DNA from: Octopus vulgaris
Lineage: Eukaryota
NCBI GenBank assembly: GCA_951406725.2
Contig: OX597841.1
Location: 6,138,001-6,202,000 of the forward strand
Direction of reading: 5' to 3'
Length of the DNA: 64,000 nt
The notes under the pieces: model-generated
Databases searched by the model: none
What the model was told of the DNA's origin: nothing
What the model saw: only the letters and a program-made list of their open reading frames with translations
Position numbers and translations under genes: made by a program
Shown here: piece by piece, positions 24,227-37,429 of the stretch
Layout of the letters: each line of letters starts with the position of its first letter
Numbering within the stretch: the first letter of the stretch is position 1

Positions 24227-24943
24227 TAACCCTTTCGTTACTGTATTTATTTTGAGATGCTCTGTGTTTCTTTCAATTAATTTTAAATATAACAAAGAAT
24301 TTAGTAAAAGAGCTTAGTTATCATTAAGCTAGTGTTAGGAACACAAATTGTGACTAAGGTTTGGTGGAAGATTTTAATTCAAAACTTATGAAAACAAGAC
24401 ATTTGTACTACAGAGCCAGAGGCGGTTTCCGTCGGGTTGGTATCAAAAGGGTTAAGAATTGTTTCTCTATTATATATTTTAACCCTTTTGTTACCATATT
24501 TCTGCTGAGATGCTCTGTGTTTCTTTCAATTAATTTTAAATATAACAAAGAATTTAGTAAAATACTTGGTTATCATTAAACTAGTGTTGGGCATATAAAT
24601 TGCTGTTAGTGGAAGATTTTAATTCAAAACTTATGAAAACAAGACATTTGTACTACAGAGCCAGAGGCGGTTTCCGTCGGGTTGGTATCAAAAGGGTTAA
24701 GAATTGTTTCTCTATTATATATTTTAACCCTTTTGTTACCATATTTCTGCTGAGATGCTCTGTGTTTCTTTCAATTAATTTTAAATATAACAAAGAATTT
24801 AGTAAAATAACTTAGTTTTCATTCAGCTAGTATTGGGAATATAAATTGCGACTAAGGTTTGGTGGTATATTTTGATGCAAAACTTATGAAAACAAGACAT
24901 TTGTACTACAGAACCAGAGCCAGGTTGGTAATGAAAGGGTTAA
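24227..24943. mobile_element. Tandem trimer of a piggyBac-like MITE
   Basis: Units bounded by (T)TAACCCTTT...AAAGGGTTAA; dimer with the same spacer at 50609-51072. Confidence 0.75.
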
Positions 24944-25348
24944 TCTTACTCCCCATGTTTACCCTTTTGAGACATTGCTTAACAGCCAGATGCCCTCTTA
25001 GTAACCTGGTACCTGGGATAAACATTTTGACTGGACACTTGCTGTTTGTTAAAATTCATCCTACGTAAGAAGTGTTTTGTGCGACAATAAATATATGTAG
25101 CAATGTAATAAGCTGCTATCACTATAAGTTATATTGCTTCAATTATATCTCCATGAGAAATATCCCATTCATGTTGATTGTCCCTTTAAACTGAATCTTA
25201 ATTTATAAGGGTTCAAAACAAATACTGGATACAAATTGTGATTTGTGTATGATCTATATCAAAGAATGAAACATGTTCTTAACGTGTATGCAGTCTGTAT
25301 CGAACGGATTTCAATGAAATTTTTTTCAGCTGTTATTTTGGTTAAATA

Positions 25349-25652
25349 TGATCGTGGCCGAAGCCAGCACCGCCTCGACTGGCTTCCGTGCAGGTGGCAC
25401 GTAAAATGCACCAATCCGCCCGTGGCCGATGCCAGCCTCGCCTGGCTCCAGTGCAGGTGGCACGTAAAAAGCACCCACTACACTCACGGAGTGGTTGGCG
25501 TTAAGAAGGGCATCCAGCTGTAGAAACATTGCCAGATAAGACCGGAGCCTGGGGAAGCCAGAAGGCTTCCCAGATCCCCCGGTCGAACCGTCCAACCCAT
25601 GCTAGCATGGAAAACGGACGTTAAACGATGATGATGATGATGATGATGATGA
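25349..25652 (+). mobile_element. RTE-type LINE 3' UTR
   Basis: Family motif and (GAT)n tail. Confidence 0.7.
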
Positions 25653-26107
25653 TTTTGGTTAAAATAATTGTGTTTTTGAATTTTCAGGCAATTTCATTCA
25701 TGAGGAAAATTTCGGCATAAATTGGATATTGTGGTGTTATAATTTGAAGCAGTTGTAGATTTTGTAGCTTCTAGATTCTTGTTCTCACTGTTATCTTTAG
25801 AATGTTGGGTAGTGGCGTGCAGACGAAGGGATTAAGTCGATTACATTGACCCCAGTGCGTAACTGGTTCTTCATTTAATCGACCCCAAAAGGATGAAAGG
25901 CAAAGTCGACCTTGGCGGAATTTGAACTCAGAACGCAGCGGCAGACGAAATACGGCTAAGCATTTTGCCCGGCGTGCTGACAATTCTGCCAGCTCACCAC
26001 CTAGAATTTCCTATCTCTATATTATAGCCTATAATACATGTGATGGATGAAGGTACAGGCAAGGCTGTGGCTCAACTGGAATGGTGAAATGTGAATCAAA
26101 AGTATTC

Positions 26108-26679
26108 AGGCGCAGGAGTGGCTGTGTGGTAAGTAGCTTGCTAACCAACCACATGGTTCCAGGTTCAGTCCCACTGCGTGGCATCTTGGGCAAGTGTCTT
26201 CTGCTATAGCCCTGGGCTGACCAATGCCTTGTGAGTGGATTTGGTAGACGGAAACTGAAAGAAGCCCATCGTATATATATATAGGCGCAGGAGCGGCTGT
26301 GTGGTAAGTAGCTTGCTAACCAACCACATGGTTCCGGGTTCAGTACCCACTGCATGGCACCTTGGGCAAGTGTCTTCTGCTATAGCCTCAGGCCGACCAA
26401 AGCCTTGTGAGTGGATTTGGTAGACAAAAACTGAAAGAAGCTCGCCGTATATATGTATATATATATGTGTATGTGTGTGTCTTTGTTTGTCCCCCTAGCA
26501 TTGCTTGACAACCGATGCTGGTGTGTTTATGTCCCCGTCACTTAGCGGTTCGACAAAAGAGACTGATAGAATAAGTACTGGGCTTACAAAGAATAAGTCC
26601 CGGGTCGAGTTGCTCGATTAAAGGCGGTGCTCCAGCATGGCCGCAGTCAAATAACTGAAACAAGTAAAGAGTAAAGAGT
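26108..26679 (+). mobile_element. SINE family A (duplicated head plus full copy)
   Basis: Matches the family. Confidence 0.85.
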
Positions 26680-27351
26680 CATCGCCCTCAATCTATTGAT
26701 GAATTAAAACGTGCAATTTGTGTAGAAATAGCAGCCATTCCAGAAGAAATGATCCATAGAGTTATCGATAACTTTCATGAACGTCTCCAACAGTGTGTTG
26801 ACAATGACGGGAAGCATTTACTCTTAATCTTTTACTTGTTTAAGTCATTTGACTGTGGCCATGCTGGAGCACCGCCTTTAGTCAAGCAAATCGACCCCGG
26901 GACTTATTCTTTGTAAGCTCAGTACTTATTCTGTCGGTCTTTTTTGCCGAACCGCTAAGTTACGGGGACGTAAACACACCAGCATCGGTTGTCAAGCAAT
27001 GCTAGGGGGACAAACACATATATATACATATTTACGACAGGCTTCTTTCAGTTTCCGTCTCCCAAATCCACTCACAAGGCATTGGTCGGCCCGGGGCTGT
27101 AGCAGAAGACACTTGCCCAAGATGCCACGCAGTGGGACTGAACCCGGAACCGTGTGGTTGGTAAGCAAGCTACTTACCACACAGCCACTTCTGCGCCTGA
27201 TTTAATTTAGCTGATAAAATTTTTAAAACTTAATGAAATAAAATGGTATTATATGTACGTTTAGAAAATAAAATATTTTCTTTTCATTATTTCTTATTTT
27301 GTGCTTTTATTAAGCCTCCAAATGTGTCAAATCATCTTGGTCCACCCTGTA
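26680..27351 (+). mobile_element. Tc1/mariner transposase C-terminus and right TIR, split by SINE-A (26818-27198)
   Basis: HRPQSIDELKRAICVEIAAIPEEMIHRVIDNFHERLQQCVDNDGKHL, then ADKIFKT* after the SINE; ends CCACCCTG|TA. Confidence 0.7.
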
Positions 27352-27609
27352 TATACTAGACTACCCATGACCCGTTGGGTCACCAGAAAAGTCCGAGTTT
27401 CCCAGCAATCGGGTTTTATTTTGCTAGTTTCTTTTTTCTATTCCAGGTCTTCTTCCCTTTCAGGATTTAGTTATTTTCGGAATAGTTTTCCATTATGCAC
27501 TGTTTTGGGTATTTATACCCTGGAAACCCATATATCTCAAAAACCACTTTTCCGATTTATGTGAAACTTGTTTCATTCCATTCATGTTAACATTTTAGAG
27601 GCAACTTAG

Positions 27610-27996
27610 TTACTCTTTACTCTTTTACTTGTTTCAGGCACTTGACTGCGGCCATGCTGGAGCACCGCCTTTAGTCGAGCAAATCGACCCCGGGACTTAT
27701 TCTTTGTAAGCCCAGTACTTATTCTATCGGTCTCTATTGCCAAACCGCTAAGTGACGGGGACGTAAACACACCAGCATTGGTTGTCAAGCAATGCTAGGG
27801 GGACAAACACAGACATATATATATATATATATACGACAGGCTTCTTTCAGTTTCTGTCTACCAAATCCACTCACAAGGCATTGGTCGGCCCGCGGCTATA
27901 GTAGAAGACACTTGCCCAAGGTGCCACGCAGTGGGACTGAACCCGGAACCATGTGGTTCGTAAGCAAGCTACTTACCACACAGCCACCCCTGCACC
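27610..27996 (-). mobile_element. SINE family A
   Basis: Matches the family; another copy at 28433-28783. Confidence 0.85.
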
Positions 27997-28942
27997 TTAG
28001 TTCATAGTATTTTCCCATTATGCGCCAGTTTGGCTGGTTTACATTGCAAGCAAGCTTCAACTTGACTTTCAATGTATCACCGGAGTACCTGTGACCCATC
28101 GGGTCACTGAGAAACTCAGTTTCCCAGCAATGGAATTTTGTTTCATGGGTATTTCTCCTTTTCCCTGTTATTTTGGATGCTTTCAACAAATGTGACATTG
28201 AAATCCCATGTAAACAGCTCCTTTCCCCAGAAAAGGAAAGATTTGGCTACTATTTCTTGCATGCCCAGCTACCATGTAACAGTATTTCGGGTTCTTTATT
28301 GCAAATAGCTGTTACATGGTAGTAGTAGGGTATGCTAAAAATAGCAGCCAAATCTTTGGAGGTAAGATACATTGCATTGACTCAAAAAAACCTACAAACA
28401 CAGACAGACATACACATATACTCTTTTTTTTTTTTACTTGTTTGTCATTTGACTGCGGCCATGCTGGAGCACCGCCTTTAGTCGAGCAAATCGACCCCGG
28501 GACTTATTCTTTGTAAGCCCAGTACTTATTCTATCCGTCTCTTTTGCCGAACCGCTAAGTGACGGGGACGTAAACACACCAGCAATGCTAGGGAGACATA
28601 CACAGACACACAAACATATACGACAGGCTTCTTTCAGTTTCCGTCTACCAAATCCACTCACAAGGCATTGGTTGGCCCGGGGCTATAGCAGAAGACACTT
28701 GCCCAAGATGCCACGCAGTGGGACTGAACCTGGAGCAATGTGGTTGGTAAGCAAGCTACTTACCACACAGCCACTCCTGCGCCTATATATATATATTGAT
28801 AAAAAATTAGAAGCTAGATTTACATATCCAAGTTTTATTATACGGTTAAACACATCTTTTGTCAGTACCTACACGTGTTTCTGCTACACACTGAAAATTA
28901 AGGGTCTTCATGTGCATTCAGGTGTTAATTACAGGTGCTGCT

Positions 28943-29283
28943 TCATCATCATCGTTTAACGTCCGTTTTCCATGCTAGCATGGGTTGGACGGTTCAACTG
29001 GGGTCTGGGAAGCCAGAAGGCTGCACCAGTCTGATCTGGCAAGGTTTCTACGGCTGGATGCCCTTCCTAACGCCAACCACTCCATGAGTGTAGTGGGTGC
29101 TTTTTACGTGCCACCTGCACAGGTGCCAGACGAGGCTGGCAAACGGCCACAAACGGATGGTGCTTTTTACGTGCCAGTTGGGGCAGCGCTGGCAACGGCC
29201 ATGTTCAGATGGTTCTCTTACGTACCACCGGCACTGGTATCACAGCTGCAATTTCCATTGATGTTGATCGATTTCGATTTTGA
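28943..29283 (-). mobile_element. RTE-type LINE 3' UTR
   Basis: Family motif and (GAT)n tail. Confidence 0.7.
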
Positions 29284-29539
29284 TATATATATATATATAA
29301 TATATAGTTAATATTCTGTTGAAATAGGTACTTAAATTGAGGCAGGCTAAAATTTAACTACATTTCAGATACCATCTGGACAGAGTACTAGTACAACTAA
29401 AACTTCATGCACAGGGTGGTAGTGAAATTGCTGAAATGCAAGAAATTAAACAACAAATATCTTACAAACTATAGAATTTTCTCAAGAAAGCCAAGAGAAA
29501 AAGCTGTTTTATGTAACACATTCTACCAGTATACCAAGT

Positions 29540-30250
29540 TTAACCCTTTAGTGTACACATTATTCTGCAAAAACTAATCCTTTTTCATACACACATCATC
29601 ATCATTGTTCGACCGTGGTCGAGACAATGGAATTTACCATGCTATGCCAGACTTCACGGTCCATCATGGCATTACGGAGGTCCTGTTGCTGGATGACTGT
29701 ATCCCTGGAGATTACATCAGGGTAGGAGAGTTTGCGCCCTCTGGTGTTGCGAGTAGGTGGCTTCCAGAGGTGAAGAGTAGAAATTGCCTCGTTTTCAGCT
29801 CTACAACAATGTCCAGCAAACTGGACTCTCCTACCTTTCACAAGAGATGACACAGGTGGTAGTTTCCCATATATTTGCATTTTGGTTGGATGATGCTTCC
29901 ACGAGAGATTTTGAGTTCTCGTAAGGAGGCGAGTGTAGGTTCCATCCAACTGCCTCTCAAGCTTCTTTGATAACGTCCAGGTTTCTGAGCCATATAGTAG
30001 AATTGGTTCGACTGTGGCTTTGAAGATTTCAAGTTTGAAGTCTCTACTTAGATTTGATGACCGGATCATATGCATGTCATACACACTGTTTTGAACTAAT
30101 CATGCATTCTCTTGTAGCTATGAGATTTTGATGAGGTAGCTGTTAATTTTTAAAACAATATTGTAGGGTTGGTGTGAGAGATCAGATATGGCCAGTTTGA
30201 ACATAAAACAAGCAGAATACTTTTGGCTGGTTTAAATGCTAAAGGGTTAA
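29540..30250. mobile_element. piggyBac-like MITE hosting an RTE fragment
   Basis: TTAACCCTTTAG...CTAAAGGGTTAA; related to 36829-37057. Confidence 0.7.
29595..30076 (-). mobile_element. 5'-truncated RTE-clade LINE (ORF C-terminus)
   Basis: FKATVEPILLYGSETWTL..QLDGTYTRLL..RVQFAGHC; (GAT)n tail; 10-bp TSD TCATACACAC. Confidence 0.88.
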
Positions 30251-30624
30251 GAGTGTTTAGTTACATAGAAATTATTTTAAAAATCTGCCGGTCAAACGGA
30301 AAAGATCGCAAAAAAGAATACAAACACCAATAAGGCGAGTAATTTCGTTCATATTTTTTATTTCTTGCTTCCGTAACTGGACAATGGTCATGCTGGGGCA
30401 CTTGCTTTGAAGGGGTTAGTCAAACAAATCGACCCCAGTACTTCTTTTTTGTGTCTGTTTCTTATTGCTGGTTTCTTCTGCCAAACCACTAAGTTACAGG
30501 GATGTAAACAAACAAACACTGGTTATCAAGTGAGTGGTGGGAAATAACCACACACACACACACATACATATATAAATACATACACACACTCATGATGGTT
30601 GCTTTCATCTAAAACATTCGTCTA

Positions 30625-31222
30625 CAGGTGTGGCTGTGTGGTAAGAAGCTTGCTTACCAACTATATGGTTCCAGGTTCAGTCCCACTGCGTGGCACCTTG
30701 GGCAAGTGTCTTCTACTGTAGCTTCGGGCGGACCAAAGCCTTGTGAGTGGATTTGGGAGACGGAAACTGAAAAAAGCCTGTCGTATATATATATATGTAT
30801 ATGTATGTATATATATATATGTATATGTATGTATATATATATATGTATATGTATGTATATATATATATGTATATGTATGTATATATATATATGTATATGT
30901 ATGTATATATATATATATATATATGTATGTATATATAAGTATATATATGTGCATATGTATGTATATATAAGTATATATATGTGTATATATGTATATATAT
31001 GTATGTATATGTATATGTGTATATATATATATGTATATGCTTGTATGTCTGTGTTTGTCTCCTGACAATCACTTGACAACTGACGTTGGTTTGTTTACGT
31101 CCCCATAACTTAGCAAAAGAGACCAATAGAATAGGTACTAGGTTTACAAAGACTAAGTCCTGGGGCTGATTCGTTCAACTAAAAGGTGGTGCTCCAGCAT
31201 GGCCGCAGTCAAATGGCTGAAA
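30625..31222 (+). mobile_element. SINE family A with expanded internal microsatellite
   Basis: Matches the family; opposite-strand copy at 31329-31650. Confidence 0.8.
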
Positions 31223-31681
31223 CCAGTAAAAGAATAAAAGAAAGTGCATAAGTCGACCAAGGGCCTTTATAGACGCATGTCCAAGCTGCCATTCAGTGGA
31301 ACTGAACCCAAAACCTTTTATTAACAAAGTCGACCCCGGGACTTATTCTTTGTAAGCCCAGTACTTATTCTATCGGTCTCTTTTGCTGAACCGCTAAGTG
31401 ACGTGGACGTAAACACACCAGCATCGGTTGTCAAGCGATGCTAGGGGGACAAAAACATACAAACACACACATATATATATATAGATATATACGACAGGCT
31501 TCTTTCAGTTTCCGTCTACCAAATCCACTCACAAGGCATTGGTCGGGCCGAGGCTATAGCAGTAGACACTTGCCCAAGATGCCACGCAGTGGGACTGAAC
31601 CCGGAACCATGTAGTTGGTAAGCAAGGTACTTACCACACAGTCACTCCTGATAATTTTAGATTTGAAAGGGAAATGATACG

Positions 31682-33310
31682 TCATGTCTCACGGTGGAAC
31701 GAATTTCCTGCTGTGTGTACCCGTGCATGTTTTTTTAAGTGACCGTTTGTGATGAAAGCCTTTTCACAGATTTCACAGTTGTACGGTTTTTCACCTGTAT
31801 GGATTCGTTTGTGTCTGTTCAAATCGCTGTTGTTCACAAATGATTTCCCACAGATTTCACAGTTGTAAGGTTTTTCCCCGGAGTGTCTGCGCTTGTGAAC
31901 CACAAGACTCGAATTATTAATCAGCGATTTCCCGCATATGTCACACTGGAAAGGTTTCTCTCCGGTGTGACTACGCTTGTGTACGGCAAGACTAGAATTA
32001 AAGGAGAAAGATTTTCCACACGTTTCACAATTATATGGTTTTTCTCCAGTATGAGTACGAATATGTATAACAAGATTCCAGTTATTAATAAAACATTTTC
32101 CGCATATTTCACAATGGAAAGGCTTTTCCCCTGTATGGATTCGTTTGTGTTTTGTTAAATCTCCAGTGGAAACAAAGGATTTTCCGCATATTTGACAGTG
32201 GAAAGGCTTTTCTCCCGTATGTATCCGTTTGTGGGTTGTTAAATTGCTGTTGATCATAAAAGATTTTCCACACATTTCGCAGTGGAACGGTTTTTCTCCG
32301 GTATGGCTCCGTATGTGGATATCAAGGTTGGAATTATTAATAAAAGATTTTCCGCAAATTTCGCAATGAAATGGCTTTTCCCCTGTATGGATTCGTTTAT
32401 GTTTCGTTAATGCGCTATAATATACGAACGATTTTCCGCAGATGTCACAATCAAAGGGTTTCTCCCCAGTGTGACTCCGGATGTGAATGATAAGCTGAGA
32501 ATTCTTAATAAAGGACTTTCCACACGTCTCACATTGGAAAGGTTTCTCCCCGCTGTGTATCCTCCGGTGACTGATTAAATAACTATTATTGACGAAGGAT
32601 TTCCCACACAATTCACAGCAATACGGCTTTTCTCCCGTATGACTACGTATGTGGATCGTAAGCTTAGAACGAGAGATAAAACATTTCCCACAAATTTCGC
32701 AGTGAAACAGATTTTCCCCAGTGTGGACCCGTTTGTGTGCTGTTAACATACTGTTGGAAACAAAAGATTTTCTACATATCTCACAATGAAACGGTTTCTC
32801 TCCGGTGTGACTTCGTTGATGGATTGTGATCTGAGAGTTATCAATGAAAGATTTCCCACACATTTCACAACGATATGGTTTTTCTCCCGTGTGGGTTTGT
32901 CCATGTCTTTTTAAGTGGCTCTTAGTGATGAATGACTTCGCACATATTTCACACTGAAACGGTTTTACCCCAGAATGTATCCGTTTGTGTTTTCTTAAGA
33001 CGCTATTAGATACAAAATTCTTCCCACATATTTCACAATTGTAGGCTTTCCTCTTATTGTGTATTTCTTTGTGTTTGAGGACTTCGTGTTCTGAAGAGAA
33101 TACCTTTCGACAAACATCACACCGATATTCAGTTGCTGTAATGTTTCCCTGTAACGATCTTCCTTTAGTAAATGTTTCACTATGCACAAGTTTTTCATGT
33201 CTGTCTGTCAGTGTAACTGTCTCTGTATCATCTCCGTCTGTCTCTCTAACTGTATCTATATTGCTAAAAACAGTTGTGCTTGAAGTGTCCAAATCATCAA
33301 CGTTCTCCAT
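31682..33310 (-). CDS. C2H2 zinc-finger protein ZNF-B1, 17 fingers with acidic MENVD leader
   Basis: 542-aa ORF; about 60-aa acidic/Thr-rich leader then 17 fingers. Confidence 0.94.
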   Translation of the reverse strand: MENVDDLDTSSTTVFSNIDTVRETDGDDTETVTLTDRHEKLVHSETFTKGRSLQGNITATEYRCDVCRKVFSSEHEVLKHKEIHNKRKAYNCEICGKNFVSNSVLRKHKRIHSGVKPFQCEICAKSFITKSHLKRHGQTHTGEKPYRCEMCGKSFIDNSQITIHQRSHTGEKPFHCEICRKSFVSNSMLTAHKRVHTGENLFHCEICGKCFISRSKLTIHIRSHTGEKPYCCELCGKSFVNNSYLISHRRIHSGEKPFQCETCGKSFIKNSQLIIHIRSHTGEKPFDCDICGKSFVYYSALTKHKRIHTGEKPFHCEICGKSFINNSNLDIHIRSHTGEKPFHCEMCGKSFMINSNLTTHKRIHTGEKPFHCQICGKSFVSTGDLTKHKRIHTGEKPFHCEICGKCFINNWNLVIHIRTHTGEKPYNCETCGKSFSFNSSLAVHKRSHTGEKPFQCDICGKSLINNSSLVVHKRRHSGEKPYNCEICGKSFVNNSDLNRHKRIHTGEKPYNCEICEKAFITNGHLKKHARVHTAGNSFHRET

Positions 33311-33830
33311 GTTAATTCTTGAGCAATTCTTTAAAAAAAAAAAGCTGACAAACGTCTGTGAGTTAATTTATTGTGGTTCAATTTCTTGTCTTAGATATCA
33401 CAGTCCTCCGTTTACAAGTGTGCAACAGATGCAATGTAGATGTATTTCCTACTCACCAGTAGAATGTTTGGTATAAAGTCCAAATGAAGTGTGGAGAAGG
33501 CTGAAGAAAGTTCGTTGAATGATTTGTTGTTAATTAAAAGTCATTTCCCCCTTTTCTGTAAAATTGGGAAAAACCAATTAAAGATGCAAAGCTGTGATCA
33601 AATGAAATAATTAACGACGGAGGAGATGGAACACCGACCCTCAAACACGTAGGTCGCCCTGTCTTATCCATAAACATTAACGTGCACCTTAACATGAGGT
33701 AATTACGACATAATTAGATTTTGCTGAACTAATTAGAAACACAAACAGTAGACGGTGTCGTTGATAGTTTGTCACTTATTTGACTGAAACCGGTGACATA
33801 TGTTATAAGTTCCCAATGTAATATAACACT
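33311..33830 (-). promoter_or_regulatory. Family-B upstream module (promoter plus short 5'UTR intron) of ZNF-B1
   Basis: Homologous blocks at 43648-44160, 52441-52940, 61637-62110 and (partial, + strand) 53640-53825; conserved donor CTG|GTGAGT (33456) and tttaAG acceptor just upstream of the ATG. Confidence 0.6.
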
Positions 33831-33996
33831 CAAAAATAATTTGTTCCTTAAATTATAACCGACCCAAGGTAGATATTTAAAAAATCGTTTAGGACAGTAG
33901 TAATTACGTATCAACAAGGAAGACGTATTCATAGAAGGGAGACCTGTAACAAGTAGCTGTCAAACCTTCATTACACCACGGCCTAATGTCTTATGT

Positions 33997-34346
33997 CCGG
34001 GAATCCGGGACCCCCTTCGGTCACGACACTGACCATGGGATTGCACCTAGAAAGTTACCCTCCTAGACACAAGTCTGGGCAAGGTTGGTTATGGAAGACC
34101 AGCAGTCGCCCATGCATACCAGCCTCCCCTCTCCACGTCACCGATATTGTCCAAGGGAAAGGAAAAGGGGCCGATACAGCTTGGTACCTGTGATGTCGCA
34201 ACTCATTTCTACAGCTGAGTGAACTGGAACAACGTGAAATAAAGCGTCTTGCTCAAGAACACAACACGCAACCCGGTCCGGAATTCGAGCTCACAACCTC
34301 ACGATCGTAAGCTCGACGCTCTAACCACTGAGCCATGCGCCTTCAC
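33997..34346 (-). mobile_element. SINE family D
   Basis: 12-bp TSD AATGTCTTATGT. Confidence 0.85.
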
Positions 34347-35630
34347 AATGTCTTATGTAGGAGTCAGTTATAAATAGGTATAACTTCAGATTTGTACCAC
34401 CACCGACTTTGTTGCCTCATAACTTCCAGGGGAAAAAAAGGGTACTTTTTAACGAATTTTTCAAGAAATACCACCACTTAGATGCTGGGGATTTAGAGTA
34501 TATAGGGATTTATGAAAAAGAATTTTCTGAGGAGTTGGTGAGAAGAGTTTCCGAAAATTCACACAATCCGAATGTTTTTTTTTCATAACTTTCAGGAAAA
34601 AGGCTATCTTTTGATGAAAATTTATATAAATACTTTTCAAACAGCATAGATTACGATTATAAAGAAATTTACGGGGGAAATTCCTAAAGTAGAAAAGCTT
34701 TGAGGAGTTACATGGAGCTCTTAAATCAGAATTCTATCCAAATAACCTAAATTATTAATAATTCGTTTCTTATGTTGGCGCAAAGTCAACAATTTGAGGG
34801 GAGGGACAAGTCGATTACATCGGCCCCGGCCTTGTTGAACATGTATGATCAGACCTATAAGGCCTGACAATCGCATCCATCCATCTATCTTTCTGTCTAC
34901 CTGTCTGTCTTTCTATCTATCTCCCAATTTTAAATTTTAAACTTTTTCATCCATTTATTTATTTATCTGTCTATCTATTTATCCCTGTCCGTTTATTCAT
35001 AAAATATATTTGTCGACTAAACGTGGCGATCCAAAAGAAGACCGGGTGACTGTTGCTTTTAGCCCCAGGAAGACATTCACACCTAATTATCTCTTTATAC
35101 AAATATCGAAAAGTACACGAAACAAATTTTCTTTCGTAAACTTTCAAAATATTATTTTTGTTTGCATTTCGAAATTGTACCGGTAATTTGCAAATGTCTT
35201 ATTTTCTACGATGCACCATTGCTAAGGTTACCTCAAATAACCATTAAGAAATGATAAATTTCTCACAAGGACTTTCAATAATTTATTTTTTAAGCATTTA
35301 CTTATTCGTTTCGCTTATCTAGATGGCCAAGACTACTTTTGTACGTTCCTGATTTCGTTTAATTAGATTTTCCTTTCACACGTTCAAATTTTCCTGATGA
35401 TCGCCGAAGAAAGATGAGAAAGAAACAGATAATGCTTTAGGATACACAAGAACATATTTAAAGACATTTATGAGAAAACTGAGATAGTATTTCATCTTCG
35501 TCCACCTTGACTTCAATGCTAATATCTTCATTATTACTATGTAAGTATTATTTAGATATTGTCACAGTCCACCTTGGCAGCATCAATCCTGTCTACTTAA
35601 ACATATTGTGACATCGGCGAAAGTAAAGAA

Positions 35631-35829
35631 GGTACTACTTGAGAACAGTGGTCCCGGTGCGCGCACTCGCGCTAGCTAGTCATGACTAGTCGATCCTTTG
35701 TTTAGCAAAAATTATTTATTTTGTGTTTTATTTACTCTGCTAGGTAGTCGTTTTAGGATCGACTAGTCACGACTAGCTAGCGCGACTACGTGAGTGCGCG
35801 CACCTGAACCACTGTTCTCGAGTAGTACC
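35631..35829. mobile_element. Merlin-like MITE (family 1), uninterrupted copy
   Basis: TIRs GGTACTACT.GAGAACAGTGG; 9-bp TSD AGTAAAGAA; half copy at 45368-45482. Confidence 0.88.
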
Positions 35830-36370
35830 AGTAAAGAATATGTACACTCTGTTTTTAATGTTAGGCAGAAAAGAGTTGGTGTACGTATTCTTCACCTGCG
35901 CCGTGAGATCTTCTGGTTCCTCCGTGGATCTTTATCATTGTGTATTATTTATGTGTTGTCTACGATTCGGACAAAATGCTTTACGGCATTTCTTCTAGAT
36001 TGAGTTTTTGGAAACGGGGACGAAATACTTATTTCTTTATTACCCACAAGGGGGCTAAACACAGAGGGGACAAACGGATTAAGCCGATTATATATGACCC
36101 CAGTGCGTAACTGGTACTTAATTTATCGACCCCGAAAGGATGAAAGGAAAAGTCGACCTCGGCGAAATTTGAACTCAGAACATAACGGCAGACGAAATAC
36201 CACTAAGCATTTCGCCCGGCGTGCTAACGTTTCTGCCAGCTCACCGACCTATGGCCCACATGCATACCATCTCCTCTCTTCGTCTCTCCTGTCATTACTC
36301 TAATGGCCTCTGACCCACATGTGCTGACTCCTCTAACTGCCTCTTTTGTCACTACTATTTCTACCTCATT

Positions 36371-36744
36371 GTGGAGGCGCAATGGCCCAGTGGTTAGGGT
36401 AGTGGACTCACAGTTTCGATTCCCAGACCGGGCGTTGTGAGTGTTTATTGAGCGAAAACACCTAAAAGCCCCACGAGGCTCCAGCAGGGGATGGTGGTGA
36501 TCCCTGCTGTACTCTTTCACCACAGCTTTCTCTCACTCTTACTTCCTGTTTCTGTTGTACCTGTATTTCAAAGGGCCAGCCTTGTCACTCTCTGTGTGTC
36601 ACGCTGAATATCCCCGAGAACTACGTTCAGGGTACACGTGTCTGTGGAGTGCTCGGCCACTTACACGTTAATTTCACGAGCAGGCTGTTCCGTTGATTCG
36701 GATCAACCGGAACCCTCGTCGTCGTAACCAACGGAGTGCTTCCA
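36371..36744 (+). mobile_element. SINE family C, tail type 2
   Basis: Same tRNA head as 11194, different 3' half; copies at 44518-44854, 48671-49017 and 57936-58297. Confidence 0.8.
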
Positions 36745-36828
36745 TTCCATTGGAGTTGGCTAGGTTCGTATCATTACCACTCAAGCATCCTCATTCCACC
36801 CACACCTCCTCTTCTCAATACCACTGTT

Positions 36829-37057
36829 TTTAACCCTTTAGTGTTTAAACCGGCCATATCAGGCCAAAATTGTCTTCCTGTTTTATGCTCAAACCAGCCA
36901 GCTCTGACCTCTCACACCTACCCTACAAAGTCATTCTAAAAGTAAACAGGGACATCATCAATATCCCAGAGTTACAAGATGCTGTACAATTAATTTAAAA
37001 CAATGTAATTAAACAGGCTTTACACTTGACAGATTAATCTGAATGCTAAGGGGTTAA
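36829..37057. mobile_element. piggyBac-like MITE
   Basis: TTAACCCTTTAG...CTAAGGGGTTAA. Confidence 0.7.
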
Positions 37058-37429
37058 GTATCCTTTATATCTTACACTGTTGTTTCTATCTTCTTTCAGA
37101 ATGTCACACGCAACATCAATATTCATCATCATTTCAAGATCAAAGCAAGATTTTGTGCTGGAGAATATAATCCAGTTTCCGTAAATATATTGGAGAATTA
37201 CTGTAGAAATATTTTCTCTGGAATTGTCAGAAAAAATCCTGTGCTTCAGTGTCTGGAATGTCTGTGAAATTTTGCATTCTAAGTAAAATTGAGTTACAAA
37301 GGAGTTTGCAGTTGTTGACAAAGATGGAAAGAAATTTAGGAAGAAATATTACAGGATGAAGAATTCATCTGAAATAAAATACAAAACCGAAAAGAAAAAA
37401 AGTCTGTGTATTGCTTTGAGTCAAGTAAA

